From an uncultured virus (IMG/VR IMGVR_UViG_3300011906_000001) (lineage: Duplodnaviria; Heunggongvirae; Uroviricota; Caudoviricetes), in IMG/VR virus record IMGVR_UViG_3300011906_000001, positions 1-64,000 of that record: 64,000 nucleotides of DNA; one strand, written 5' to 3'. How positions within the stretch are numbered: position 1 is the first letter of the stretch; each line of letters opens with the position of its first letter. The notes under the pieces are model-generated. The model made no database searches. It saw only the letters and a program-made list of their open reading frames with translations, and had not been told where the DNA came from. Position numbers and translations under genes: made by a program. This document shows, piece by piece, positions 36,461 to 46,913 of the stretch.

Positions 36461-37813
36461 TTAATAGATCCAACCACTGGCGGTTTTGGCTGCTGTATAC
36501 AGACTGATAGCCGTGTTGGTTGTGGTCCCGTTGTGACCTGTGCCAACTTCCCGTGATTGGTTTACGGTAAAGACCACCAACGTTCCAACAGGATAGACTG
36601 AGTTATTGGCAAAAGCAGATTGAATCGCAGAAATAGCCTGCGCGGCTGAACTATAAGTACCCAGCAAATAATGAATCGCCGATACCGGCTTTGCATAGGT
36701 ACTGAAAATTTCAGTTAAACTTCGGTAGGTTCCATTACCAGTCAATACCGTCCCAGCATTCGCTGTTCCTGATCCAATCCGATCGCCATCGATCAAGCCT
36801 TGCTTCTGAATCATGTCAGCGGTGAGATTCTTTCGAATGTTAGCGTAGATCGATTCATACAGCTGGCCATTTAACCGATTGGTTGAAACCGCCGTTTCAT
36901 TGATTCCTAACTTCTTACTCAGTTGATTATTCATCGCTTGAATGGAATGAACATCAACTTGAGCAGGGCTGACTTTGTGAGGATTGTTAAAATCCTTAAC
37001 GTGGTTATTAAGTCTATCCCCGAAGTTAGACTTAATCAGCAAAGCACCCCCCAAAGGAGTCATGTACTTGGTCTGAAGTGTGGTGGCTTTTGCTCGTGCT
37101 TCAGTGTCTGTAACCACCCCAAAGTTTTTAACTTTCTCCAACTTGACCTGCTTGGCCGTCACGCGGTGGGGATTAGCTTTATTACGAATGTGGGCTTGAA
37201 GCTTTTGATTTTCTAGATCTGCTTCAGCCTTCACCCGCGTCATGCCAACATCAAAGTCTTCTTTAAGCGTCTGATAACGAGCATCGGCTTTTCTAACAAT
37301 CGCTGAACTGACCCGCTGGGCACTACCGATAAACCCTTCAAAGCCATAAAGCTGCCAGAGCGGATGAAGATGACCACTGGCAGGGTAGGCGTCGGGTTTG
37401 TCGTCAATGTTCGTCCAGTGAACACTGCGGTTGGTATTTAAGACTGTATTGGCGGTGTGTACAATGGTGTCACTGACATCTCCTTCAACACCTCCCACCA
37501 TTTGTGCGGTCACATACAAAATACCTGGGATTTGAGGGTTCGTGATAACCACCACCGAACAAATCGTTTGTCCAGTCTTGAGCATCAGATCACGGTTGGT
37601 TCCAATGAGCTGATAGTCCTCATCTTCGTTAAGTTCACGCCCAGCCGCTGTTGTGATGATCAACGAGTCTTTATAAAAATACCCATGATCTAACACAAAG
37701 CAGCGATAGGGCTGTTTAACCAGATGGTTTACATCATGCAGTTCCCCATTGACGAGATTGTTAACAGATGATCCTGTCAGGTCAAGGGGTAATGAGTGAA
37801 GACGTGGGTTCAT
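36461..37813 (-). CDS. tail fibre paralog
   Basis: LPLDLTG N-terminus; NPH.V...QV repeats; C-terminal YPVGT...KTASGW. Confidence 0.8.
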   Translation of the reverse strand: MNPRLHSLPLDLTGSSVNNLVNGELHDVNHLVKQPYRCFVLDHGYFYKDSLIITTAAGRELNEDEDYQLIGTNRDLMLKTGQTICSVVVITNPQIPGILYVTAQMVGGVEGDVSDTIVHTANTVLNTNRSVHWTNIDDKPDAYPASGHLHPLWQLYGFEGFIGSAQRVSSAIVRKADARYQTLKEDFDVGMTRVKAEADLENQKLQAHIRNKANPHRVTAKQVKLEKVKNFGVVTDTEARAKATTLQTKYMTPLGGALLIKSNFGDRLNNHVKDFNNPHKVSPAQVDVHSIQAMNNQLSKKLGINETAVSTNRLNGQLYESIYANIRKNLTADMIQKQGLIDGDRIGSGTANAGTVLTGNGTYRSLTEIFSTYAKPVSAIHYLLGTYSSAAQAISAIQSAFANNSVYPVGTLVVFTVNQSREVGTGHNGTTTNTAISLYTAAKTASGWIY

Positions 37814-37837
37814 GGTAACCCCTTAAGAAAATATGCA

Positions 37838-39874
37838 TTAAGCCAAATGTTGCCAGCCTGCGGTGGTTCGGATAATTCCACGAGTGGGGTTGATACCGAC
37901 CTTTACAGCTCCATTAGACCCCCCTTCATACATGTAAGTAGACAGTCGCCAAATCACGAGTGTGCCGACAGGATAGGCATTGACGTTCGCGTAGGTTGAC
38001 CTGACGTTAGACAAGACAGTATTGCCATCGCTGTACTGACCCACATAGATGACATTAGCACCACCTGCCTGCTGATACTGATCAAAGATTGAACCAATAT
38101 CTACCCATTGCTGATCGCCCCTAAAGACTTTTGTAGCAGAAGGACTTCCTAGAGCCAGGCGCGCAGCAGGAACAATCCCTGAAACAAAGGCTTCGGCTGA
38201 GATATTAGCTCTAACGTCATTGAACACCCGTGTATAGTTTTTCACATCAGGAGGGCGTCTGATCACTTTCCACGTAGAGTTGGCTTGAGAAGAAGCCATA
38301 TACCCAAACGCTTGGGCCCCTCTGAAGACTTCAAGTTCAGGATCAGCGCTTAGATCGATTACGGTTTTGGCTGAGGCTAAATAAGCCGTTTCACCCATCT
38401 GACTGGTTTCAACCGTGATGATGTCGTCCTTACGGGTGATCTTTAAACGGCAACCGTTAGGGAATTTGTTCCAACCCTCTCCAATATTGCCAGGCCGGTG
38501 GGCTGTAGCAATGGTTCCATCGGCCCATTTAAGTCCACCGTATACAGCCTTCGTCCATGATCGATTGACGTGGCTGTCTTTCTCAATCATGAGTGGGGCT
38601 GTACCGTTCAATACCCGAAGCGCTGTCAGTGTGTGACTTTTACCGGCAGAATCAACAGCGTAAGCAATACACAGTCCAATACTGTCATCATCAGAACTTG
38701 TTGATGACAACTCCACTTCAAGTACAAAATCATTGAACTTTTCAGGGGAGATCATCCCAATTAACGACGAGGAATTGGTGGTATTACGCAATGCATTATT
38801 AGGCGCATCCAATGACCAGGTATTAAGCTCCGCCGCAATCGCTTTGTCGCTGTAGATATCCCCTGTTTCATTATCAGTCGAAGACGTTCGACTGATTCGC
38901 TTCCACCGGTTAAAGACCGATTCGAAGGTTTCGGTGTAACTGACAAGTCCTGACGCATTAACAACCGTACCATTCACAGGCAGCTTCTGTGCAGTCAAAG
39001 CATCGAGCTGTGCTTGGGTGTGTACACCCACCTGAGCGGCAGTGACTTTGTGTGGATTCTGTTTGTTGGCCGTGTGTTGATCAAGCGGGGCTTTAGCCTG
39101 AACATCAGCCGCTTCATAGAACCGCTGAGGGGTTAGGTAACTTTCCCGGTGAGTCCCTGCTACCGCTTGTGCTAGGGTGCTAACTGGGAAGTTCTCAACT
39201 AAGTGCAAACCCAATTGAGCCTTAACAACGTCATGTGGGTCGTTTTTGTCATTAAGGTGTGAAGTTAAGGTATTAACCCACGAGTCCATGAACCGCTTCC
39301 AATCGCTAAGGACATATTGCCTGAAGTTATCTTCCGCTTCAGGATTGCCCTCTTTCATGGCTTTGGTGATATTTTCTAATTCGAAAAGAAAAGGCTCCAT
39401 GCCTTTTAAGGCCCAGCGGTCTCGCCTGAGCTCACCGTCTTCCCATAGCAACTCTTCCCCAAGAAAGCCACTCCAAATAGGTTTAGTGGTACCCAAACTC
39501 TTAAGGTAGCTTAAGGTGTCTTCTTTGGCGGTGGTTGAATACGCCAGATCACTACCCACCATTTGAGCGGTGACGTGAACTGACAGGGAAATACTGGGGT
39601 TTAAAAACACCAACGCACTGCAAATCTCAAGGCCGGTGTAGTTGCTAGCATCGGCATGCTTGTAGGTGGCGATGTAATCGACATGGGGGGTTAAGGGCTG
39701 GTATTCTTCATCCAGTACCTCAAGACCCTGGGTATAAAACCCGCCATTGTTCAACACCACAACAGGGTAGTTCACCCCTTCATTTTGAATCAACAGATGT
39801 TCTTCATTGGTGACAAGGTTACTGGGGTTTTTCCCTGTCAAGTCCAATGGAAGGTATGGAATCAGGTTTGACAT
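37838..39874 (-). CDS. tail fibre paralog with inserted lectin-like domain
   Basis: Same scaffold as its neighbours plus an insertion of about 230 aa containing DDDSIGLCIAY. Confidence 0.8.
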   Translation of the reverse strand: MSNLIPYLPLDLTGKNPSNLVTNEEHLLIQNEGVNYPVVVLNNGGFYTQGLEVLDEEYQPLTPHVDYIATYKHADASNYTGLEICSALVFLNPSISLSVHVTAQMVGSDLAYSTTAKEDTLSYLKSLGTTKPIWSGFLGEELLWEDGELRRDRWALKGMEPFLFELENITKAMKEGNPEAEDNFRQYVLSDWKRFMDSWVNTLTSHLNDKNDPHDVVKAQLGLHLVENFPVSTLAQAVAGTHRESYLTPQRFYEAADVQAKAPLDQHTANKQNPHKVTAAQVGVHTQAQLDALTAQKLPVNGTVVNASGLVSYTETFESVFNRWKRISRTSSTDNETGDIYSDKAIAAELNTWSLDAPNNALRNTTNSSSLIGMISPEKFNDFVLEVELSSTSSDDDSIGLCIAYAVDSAGKSHTLTALRVLNGTAPLMIEKDSHVNRSWTKAVYGGLKWADGTIATAHRPGNIGEGWNKFPNGCRLKITRKDDIITVETSQMGETAYLASAKTVIDLSADPELEVFRGAQAFGYMASSQANSTWKVIRRPPDVKNYTRVFNDVRANISAEAFVSGIVPAARLALGSPSATKVFRGDQQWVDIGSIFDQYQQAGGANVIYVGQYSDGNTVLSNVRSTYANVNAYPVGTLVIWRLSTYMYEGGSNGAVKVGINPTRGIIRTTAGWQHLA

Positions 39875-39937
39875 AATCGCTCCACATAACAAAGGAACAG
39901 TCATGAGCATCCATACCCATGACTGTTCCTATGTGTT

Positions 39938-40258
39938 TTATTGGTCAAGCTTTACAATGGCGGCATCTAAAATGTCAGTTAACGGCTTATACACGTTATG
40001 GTCCATGTATTGATCCGTGCGAAGCGGTGTCATGTTAGATTGATTACTGACCCCATCCATCGCTTCTTGTTTAGTCGAAGGCGGATAGTTCATGACTTCA
40101 CTTAACCCCAACTGGGTTTTAGTGACCTCATGGGGGTTGTCATTATCCAACACATGGGCATTGAGCCTGTCAACGGATGCTTTGATTTTACGCGTCAACG
40201 AAGAGAAGAAACTCTCCATGAGCGTTTTCAACGCCAAGAGAAGCGCTGTTAAATTCAT
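39938..40258 (-). CDS. short fibre-repeat protein
   Basis: Single NPHEVTKTQLGLSEVMNY...MTPLR repeat. Confidence 0.7.
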   Translation of the reverse strand: MNLTALLLALKTLMESFFSSLTRKIKASVDRLNAHVLDNDNPHEVTKTQLGLSEVMNYPPSTKQEAMDGVSNQSNMTPLRTDQYMDHNVYKPLTDILDAAIVKLDQ

Positions 40259-40273
40259 AAGGCCTCTCCTTCA

Positions 40274-42349
40274 TTACGCCGTTTTATACAAAAGCGCATT
40301 GGTCTCAGTTTCTCCAAAGAACATGACATGATCATTCTGATCAATCACAACCGTAAAGCCGTTCCCACACGCGACGTCTTTCAATGGGAATCCACGCAGC
40401 TGACATTGACCGTAGTCGTTATTGCCATGCAGCGTGCAATCCCCATCTTCACCCAAGATTGCATAATGCTTGAACGCACCATGCACTTTAGTCGGCGTGA
40501 CAGGTAACGCTGGGGTGGGTATCCGGTTAATACTGATACCACCAGAACGAATGATACTGTACACTTGAACACTGGCGTTATCAAGCAATAGCACCAGATG
40601 ATCATCGCCGATGGCCACATCTGCAATGGGAGAGGTGATTGTTGGAAGGATGGCATTCATCTGACTGACCCATTGACTATTGCCGTAGGGGGTCATGGTG
40701 CCATCTTCGTGTTCAATCAGAATCATTTCCCCGGCATTGAAATGCTCACTGTTGACATAAACCCCTGCAATGCCTGATGGATACAAAACCGTTGCAGCAG
40801 CATTGAGGAAACGTACCAAGGAGCCTTCAGTGGTCAGGGCATAAAGGGCGGTGGCGGTGCTGTAAAGATCCGTGACAGGATCAGCAGACGCCATGGCTCC
40901 ACCGGGTTTATATTCAGCTGGGATAGCACCGGCATTGGCTGTTTCAGTGACAATCCCGTCGTTTTCAATCCAATAGTACCGCTCGTTCTGCTGAGCAAAG
41001 ACATCGCCCGACAAAGGCAGTTCAGCTGGAGTATCTGCATAAGGATCAATAAGCGCAGTATTTCCACCCACATTAACCACCGCATAAGAACAAGTCCAGG
41101 CATCCAATGAAGCCGGTACCTTATCCAACTTGGCCTGCTTCATTGCCTGGGTAATGGGGTCGTCCGTATCTACAACGGCGATCGCCACTTCTCCATTTTG
41201 AAAATTAGCCCCGATCTCATCTAAGATGGTCGTGAGATTCTCAAATGAAGGCAGTGTTTGACGCCACTGCTCAGGGTCCATCCCGGCAAATAGCGGAGTG
41301 TCTTGAGCAGAGACGTTCGCCAGACGCTGGTCGATCTCGTCACGGGTATACGCCCCAAGCTGTGCAGCCGTCACCCCATGAGGGTTTTCTTTGTTGTTAA
41401 TGTGGCCCGTGATCAGTTCTTGAAGCGCGGCATACTGTGCTTCACCGCTTTGAGCTTGCAGCAAAAGCGACGCGGTGTACGGCGTCAAGTAACGGTTATT
41501 GACGGTCGGGTCAATGGCTTCGTCACGGCTAGCGGGTGGGTAGTTCGCCACATCCCCAAGGCCCACATCATCAGCATTAACCCCATGAGGGTTATTGGTG
41601 TTGTTGATGTGATCATTAAGAGGCGCCAAGGCAATGGCTTCAATAGCCCGCTTGGTCAGATAGGGATTCATGAACCCCGTATTAGCCACCCCTTGAATGG
41701 CATGCTGCTCAGTGGCGGTGGCCCAGTTAGGGACATTGCTCAACCCTACTTGGGTTTTAGTGACCTTGTGAGGATTGTTAAAATCTTGAAGGTGAGAGGC
41801 ATTGGTCCCAGAAGCAGTCGCTTCCAATACGTCAGCAATCGAATTAATGGCCTCTTCAAGCTCCTCAGACCCCACAATCGAATCAATGGACTGATCGTGA
41901 TCAACCACTGGGAACGAGGCCGGGAGTTCAGCAATCATTCCCCAGGAGCGTCTCAAGGGGTTTAACTGCTTATTAGACAGCTCTGCAAGAATCGCATTGC
42001 TGTTAAAACCCCACTGACCACCGAGCGTGTGGTATTCAAGCCTAACAATGCCTGAAATCGAATGGTTTAGAAAACGAATAGATCCTGCAACGGGTTTATC
42101 AATCGATTGCATGGCCTCAACGAAATAATGGCCAGGTAAATAATCAACGCCTTCCTTATACAAGGCGCCGGTGGTGTCGTTATACACCTTAAGACTTGAA
42201 ACATAATAAGGGGCAGCCCTTGGGATGATAAAGAAATAATCATCCCGTCCTGGGGTTTGAAGGGTATGCCTTTCATTAACAATTCGGTTTTTTACATTTT
42301 TCATGTACGGGTCAAAATCATACAACCCCGTCTCGACGACTGTTGCCAT
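40274..42349 (-). CDS. tail fibre paralog with C-terminal RCC1/BLIP-II-like propeller
   Basis: Three NPH.V repeats; DVAIGDDHLVLL, HGNNDYGQC, DVACGNGFTVVI RCC1-like repeats; GGAGGAG SD. Confidence 0.8.
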   Translation of the reverse strand: MATVVETGLYDFDPYMKNVKNRIVNERHTLQTPGRDDYFFIIPRAAPYYVSSLKVYNDTTGALYKEGVDYLPGHYFVEAMQSIDKPVAGSIRFLNHSISGIVRLEYHTLGGQWGFNSNAILAELSNKQLNPLRRSWGMIAELPASFPVVDHDQSIDSIVGSEELEEAINSIADVLEATASGTNASHLQDFNNPHKVTKTQVGLSNVPNWATATEQHAIQGVANTGFMNPYLTKRAIEAIALAPLNDHINNTNNPHGVNADDVGLGDVANYPPASRDEAIDPTVNNRYLTPYTASLLLQAQSGEAQYAALQELITGHINNKENPHGVTAAQLGAYTRDEIDQRLANVSAQDTPLFAGMDPEQWRQTLPSFENLTTILDEIGANFQNGEVAIAVVDTDDPITQAMKQAKLDKVPASLDAWTCSYAVVNVGGNTALIDPYADTPAELPLSGDVFAQQNERYYWIENDGIVTETANAGAIPAEYKPGGAMASADPVTDLYSTATALYALTTEGSLVRFLNAAATVLYPSGIAGVYVNSEHFNAGEMILIEHEDGTMTPYGNSQWVSQMNAILPTITSPIADVAIGDDHLVLLLDNASVQVYSIIRSGGISINRIPTPALPVTPTKVHGAFKHYAILGEDGDCTLHGNNDYGQCQLRGFPLKDVACGNGFTVVIDQNDHVMFFGETETNALLYKTA

Positions 42350-42447
42350 GTCACTCCTCCTTTAAAAGGCACACAACACCGCTATGCGTGACTAATGGTG
42401 TGTAGTTATTCATAAGATACCCATGGCTTTCACAGGAGTTCCCGGCT

Positions 42448-43692
42448 ATGTATCAACTGGTTTCAGCCCGCTACAAAGTAGATCGTAGATCGGGGCGATG
42501 GGTTGAGGCTGATCTGTCAACAGCCCCCATTACTGGCCTTACGGCCTATTATGCCGATGTGTGGTTATTTGTTACCTACCCCTCGTTAACGGTGCCTAAA
42601 GCGTTAAGGTTAAGTGATTTTAGCAATCTCTTAAATGGCATTTCAAGCACCATGACCGTTCAAGAGTGGCTGGCCCACATGGGTAACACCACATTGCCTT
42701 GGAATGAGAACCCTCCTTCGTTTGAAGAACGTTTAGTTGAGTATGCTCAAGCCTGGCATGCAGGCTATGAGATTCAAGCACAAGGTCGGTCTGGTGTGGT
42801 GGACGATGAGTTGGCTAAATCCCACAGACAAGATCTCGTGTTAACGCACCCTTCTTATGATTCGCTTTACATTAACCAACACTGTTTGTTTACAGTCAAT
42901 GGGTATTTCCATCTGTCTGATGCAGATGAGAATAGTGTTCGAATCATTGACGGCAACACCACGGTTCGAAAAACCAATGACAATCAAATTGGCATTTATT
43001 CATTTGAACAGATAGGTCCCATTAAGACGTGTCCGATTAAAGCGGACATGGTCACCGCAATGAATGATCAATCCCCGCTGTGGGATGGGGCTTATGTGAC
43101 CCTTCCTGCTGACATTAACCTTGATGAGAAAACAGTTCTGTTAGTCGTAGGCGGCTTCCTTCAGGTGCTGGGTAAAACCTACAAACGCGTAGGCGATCGC
43201 ACATGGAAAGTTGAATTAGGGAACATCATCTTTCTCGATCGATTTATTCAAAGTTTAAAAGACATGGATCTGTCGAGCTTAAACATCGAAGCCCCGGATA
43301 ACAATCCAACCTTTGCCTTGACGGCTAAGCTTAAGAGTGATGAAGCGGTTAGGGCTTATATGACCTTAAGCCAATCATTCATGGTGATTGTGGATTCCCC
43401 CTCACTGTTTCAAGAATACATCCCCTTGGAATCCTCAGGCTTATCGCATCGTTACCTAAGTCCTGTTAATGAACAGTTGCCTGTGGTGGGCGCCTATGGT
43501 CGGATGCTTGACTATCACCTGATTGAAGAAGACGGCACTTATGTATACTGTTGCTCTTCTAACTGGCGCCATAATTACGATGCAGGCCATCGCAAATGGG
43601 CGACGATGAATGCGGTTGATGGAGGACGTTATCCGTCACATCCTTACAAAGAAGCCACAGCCTTCATTAGACGCCTAGGCAGTGAATATTGA
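42448..43692 (+). CDS. probable virion structural protein
   Basis: 414 aa, AGGAG SD; CLFTVNGYFH and LLVVGGFL motifs; divergent from the fibre operon. Confidence 0.65.
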   Translation: MYQLVSARYKVDRRSGRWVEADLSTAPITGLTAYYADVWLFVTYPSLTVPKALRLSDFSNLLNGISSTMTVQEWLAHMGNTTLPWNENPPSFEERLVEYAQAWHAGYEIQAQGRSGVVDDELAKSHRQDLVLTHPSYDSLYINQHCLFTVNGYFHLSDADENSVRIIDGNTTVRKTNDNQIGIYSFEQIGPIKTCPIKADMVTAMNDQSPLWDGAYVTLPADINLDEKTVLLVVGGFLQVLGKTYKRVGDRTWKVELGNIIFLDRFIQSLKDMDLSSLNIEAPDNNPTFALTAKLKSDEAVRAYMTLSQSFMVIVDSPSLFQEYIPLESSGLSHRYLSPVNEQLPVVGAYGRMLDYHLIEEDGTYVYCCSSNWRHNYDAGHRKWATMNAVDGGRYPSHPYKEATAFIRRLGSEY

Positions 43693-43709
43693 AATAGTTT
43701 ATATCAGAC

Positions 43710-43747
43710 GGCATAAATCCCCCTCCCATTATGGGAGGGGGACTATG
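43710..43747. terminator. bidirectional hairpin between convergent genes
   Basis: GGCATAAA-TCCCCCTCCCAT-T-ATGGGAGGGGGA-CTATG. Confidence 0.8.
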
Positions 43748-43758
43748 TTTTCGTTTAG

Positions 43759-44340
43759 TTAAAAACGGCCCGTGCTACCAAACCCACCCGCATTGCGTTC
43801 AGTATTCTTACTGAACTCATCCACGAAACTCATACCGAGCTCATGACGATTAAGCACCAGATACTGCGCCACGCGTTCACCGGGTTCAATGGGGATCGAT
43901 CGATAGGAGTTCAGGTCATTACGATTCCACAGGGTAAGTATGAGTTCGCCTGTGTAGTCGGCATCAATGATCCCAATCAGGTTGCCAAGCACAATGCCTT
44001 GAGAACCCAGACCACTACGCGGGGTAATGATCCCTACAAGAGAAGGATTGTTCAAATGAATGGCCAGTCCTGTATGGATCTTGACGCACTGACCTGGTCT
44101 GATCAGAAGACTTTCTTTCCCTACATAACGAAGGTCAAGCCCTGCACTAAAGGCTGTCGATGGTCCATAGCCATACCCTTCCTTGATGTTGGTAGTCAAT
44201 TCCTCATCAAGGCCTTTAAAGCTTTCTTCAATGAATTTAGCTTCAACTGGAATATAGGGTCTGATCTCTGACTGGATTGACTGAATGTTCACAGGACCTG
44301 CTTCAGTTGAGAGGACTTGCGGGTGAGTTTCTAGCGTCAT
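43759..44340 (-). CDS. dut: trimeric dUTPase
   Basis: All five motifs: AGLDL, PRSGLG, GIIDADYTGEL, GERVAQ, RNAGGFGSTG. Confidence 0.95.
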   Translation of the reverse strand: MTLETHPQVLSTEAGPVNIQSIQSEIRPYIPVEAKFIEESFKGLDEELTTNIKEGYGYGPSTAFSAGLDLRYVGKESLLIRPGQCVKIHTGLAIHLNNPSLVGIITPRSGLGSQGIVLGNLIGIIDADYTGELILTLWNRNDLNSYRSIPIEPGERVAQYLVLNRHELGMSFVDEFSKNTERNAGGFGSTGRF

Positions 44341-44351
44341 GTCAAAGCTCC

Positions 44352-46844
44352 TTAGTGAATGATTGCATGTTCATTATAGATGGTGGGCACTGTAATGTTA
44401 GTGGGGTCCACTACAAAGAATTCAGCCTGATTAAAGGCCCCATGGGTGGTGGCATAATGACTGATGAAAAATACCTGATTAAACTGATTCAATTCAATCA
44501 ACTGTAGCAAGAAGGGAACCAGATTGAAGCGATGTTTTTCATCAAAGGTTGATCCGAACTCATCCAGATACAAGGGATACTGTTCAAACTTTAGGAACTT
44601 CATGGCCAAGAGTTTAAACGCAAAATCCACAATGTCCTTTTGACCCGCGCTCGCCCTTGAAATATCGGGGGCGATCAATGCACCGTCATTGACATTCAAG
44701 GGGAAGGTGTAGGTCAGTTCATCAGAATCGACTTTAGACGGAAGAATCTCTAGCGGATGCGACCAGACCTCTTTGATGATGGCATTCATAAGTCCCACCA
44801 TCGACTGCATAAACCCCATCAGGTATTTCCCAATCAACCCATCGGTTGGACTCATGGCCTTAACGAGCATCCCATAATCGGATTGTTGTTCAACGGCATG
44901 GTTATGCTGAACTTCCAATTCCTTTAGGGTATGCTCTTTAATCTCCATTTGACTCAATACCGACCGCGCTTGTGCCATTTGAAGCTGAAGGCTTTTGATT
45001 TCAGACTCAATACCTTGTTGAATCAAATACTCTATCTGTTGGTTTAGGTTTGTGTAAAACCCCATGAAAGATTCAATCAGTTGTTTAATCTCATCCTCAA
45101 ACGATTCGATCGAATCCCCCGACGCTTTATACAAACGGTGGGTTTTCTTAGCCTCATGATTAAGGTGGGTTCTTTCATCAATGGAGGCTTCTAACTGTTT
45201 TCGTTTAGTGGCCATAAAGCCAACGGCATCTTGGTCGTATGCTTTGGCTTGATCGAGTTTGTTAACCTGACGCTTTAAATTGGCTTTATGCCCCTCACTG
45301 TTAATCCACGCCTGCATGGCATTGAACCACTTAACCGCATCGGTCGTATACCGCTTAGGCGAGATGAACATCACGCGGTGTTCAGCACAATAATCCCACA
45401 GGGGTTTAAACTCAGCATAATCGGAGACAAGGCCTCTGAACTGAAACACAAAACCTGAATAATGCTGAAAGGCTTCCATGTAGTGTTCGAGTTCAACAAT
45501 GGTTTTATCTAAGGATTCAATGAGGGTACCATGGCGTGAAACCTCTTGAGTCAAATGATCTAATTCAGCTTGATCCACGCCTGGCTGGAAGTTGTGGGTG
45601 CAATTAGGACACACCACATACTGACACCCCTTTATCGAAGCAATGCGCTTAGAGACCTTAATCTGTTCGGCTTCATGAAACAGACGCTTGGCTTTGTGTT
45701 CTTTAAGCTGTTGACTGCATTCACGCGCTTTCTGTGAATTAAACTGATCATCACTATTATCAGGAAAGGTTTGGATCAATACACTGAACCGTTCAAACAG
45801 CGCATTGAGCTTAGCCTCAGGATCACCTTGAACATCAAAGCGTACCAAAGGAAAGCACCCTTGATAGCTGGTTACCGTATCCTCTAACGTTTTAATCTTA
45901 ACGGTCAGTTCAGCAATTGAGGCTTCAAGGGCCATCATCTGTTCTTTGGTTAAGAGTTGTTCTTGATTAGGCTCGTGTTGCTCCACCTCATGCAATTCAT
46001 GCATGAAATGATCAAGCATCTGCTCATGAGAGGTAATCGTTTGAGCCAACTCATTTAAGTTGAGCAGATAATCATCCCGGCAGGTACTGGTGTTATCACC
46101 TACCAATGTCGGATATTTAACCAAGACCTGCTTGCCTTTCTCAATCAACCCAAAGAGTTGTTTAACAGCCGACTCATTGGAATAAAAAGCCTGTTTAATT
46201 TGGGGCTTTTTATTTTGAAATAATTGATTGAGTTGTTGGGTTAGCGTTTCAATGTTTTGCCGTTGTTCAGCCAATTGGGCATCATCAGGCAAATCGACAT
46301 TCTCAAGCGTCATGCGTTTGGTAATGTGCTTAATAACCGCCTTCTGATCCCTGTGCAGTTCATTCACCTTTCGGTATAACCCAAAGGCATAGTTCATGTC
46401 CACTGGCGTGAGCTTGGTGAGCCATTGCTGTCTTTCGCGGGTGCTCATACTGGTGAAACGTTTAATCCCCACCAGAAGCTCATGAGTGTCCTTATCAAGC
46501 TTAAAATGCTCTTCCACCAATTGCTTTTGGACAGCTCCAGTGCCTCCTGGGTTTAAGTCTTCTTCTCCAACGAAAAAAGAATGCCGACCTGTTCCGCTTT
46601 CATACCGGCTGATCAGTACATAGTCTTTTTCTTCAAATCGGATATGAATCTCTTTAAGCCCACCCTTGGCGAAGTTACTGTGATGGGAAGGGATGGGGGA
46701 GAGTTCTTCTAAGATGCTACTTTTACCCGAACCATTTGAACCCAACATAATCATCAAATGACTCTGTGGAGTCCATTCGACATGTCGAACGTTCGACATC
46801 ATCAAACGTTTATAAAGGGTTAATACCAATTTTTTGATATACAT
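44352..46844 (-). CDS. sbcC: SbcC/Rad50-like SMC ATPase
   Basis: Walker A GSNGSGKS, central CPNC zinc hook within coiled coils, ASAGQ signature, LYLDEF Walker B, ISH. Confidence 0.92.
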   Translation of the reverse strand: MYIKKLVLTLYKRLMMSNVRHVEWTPQSHLMIMLGSNGSGKSSILEELSPIPSHHSNFAKGGLKEIHIRFEEKDYVLISRYESGTGRHSFFVGEEDLNPGGTGAVQKQLVEEHFKLDKDTHELLVGIKRFTSMSTRERQQWLTKLTPVDMNYAFGLYRKVNELHRDQKAVIKHITKRMTLENVDLPDDAQLAEQRQNIETLTQQLNQLFQNKKPQIKQAFYSNESAVKQLFGLIEKGKQVLVKYPTLVGDNTSTCRDDYLLNLNELAQTITSHEQMLDHFMHELHEVEQHEPNQEQLLTKEQMMALEASIAELTVKIKTLEDTVTSYQGCFPLVRFDVQGDPEAKLNALFERFSVLIQTFPDNSDDQFNSQKARECSQQLKEHKAKRLFHEAEQIKVSKRIASIKGCQYVVCPNCTHNFQPGVDQAELDHLTQEVSRHGTLIESLDKTIVELEHYMEAFQHYSGFVFQFRGLVSDYAEFKPLWDYCAEHRVMFISPKRYTTDAVKWFNAMQAWINSEGHKANLKRQVNKLDQAKAYDQDAVGFMATKRKQLEASIDERTHLNHEAKKTHRLYKASGDSIESFEDEIKQLIESFMGFYTNLNQQIEYLIQQGIESEIKSLQLQMAQARSVLSQMEIKEHTLKELEVQHNHAVEQQSDYGMLVKAMSPTDGLIGKYLMGFMQSMVGLMNAIIKEVWSHPLEILPSKVDSDELTYTFPLNVNDGALIAPDISRASAGQKDIVDFAFKLLAMKFLKFEQYPLYLDEFGSTFDEKHRFNLVPFLLQLIELNQFNQVFFISHYATTHGAFNQAEFFVVDPTNITVPTIYNEHAIIH

Positions 46845-46913
46845 AACAAACAACTTAAGACAGTTACTGTATAGTGTTGATCCTGTGAGTGTTTCTTATA
46901 CCTGGAGTTTATA

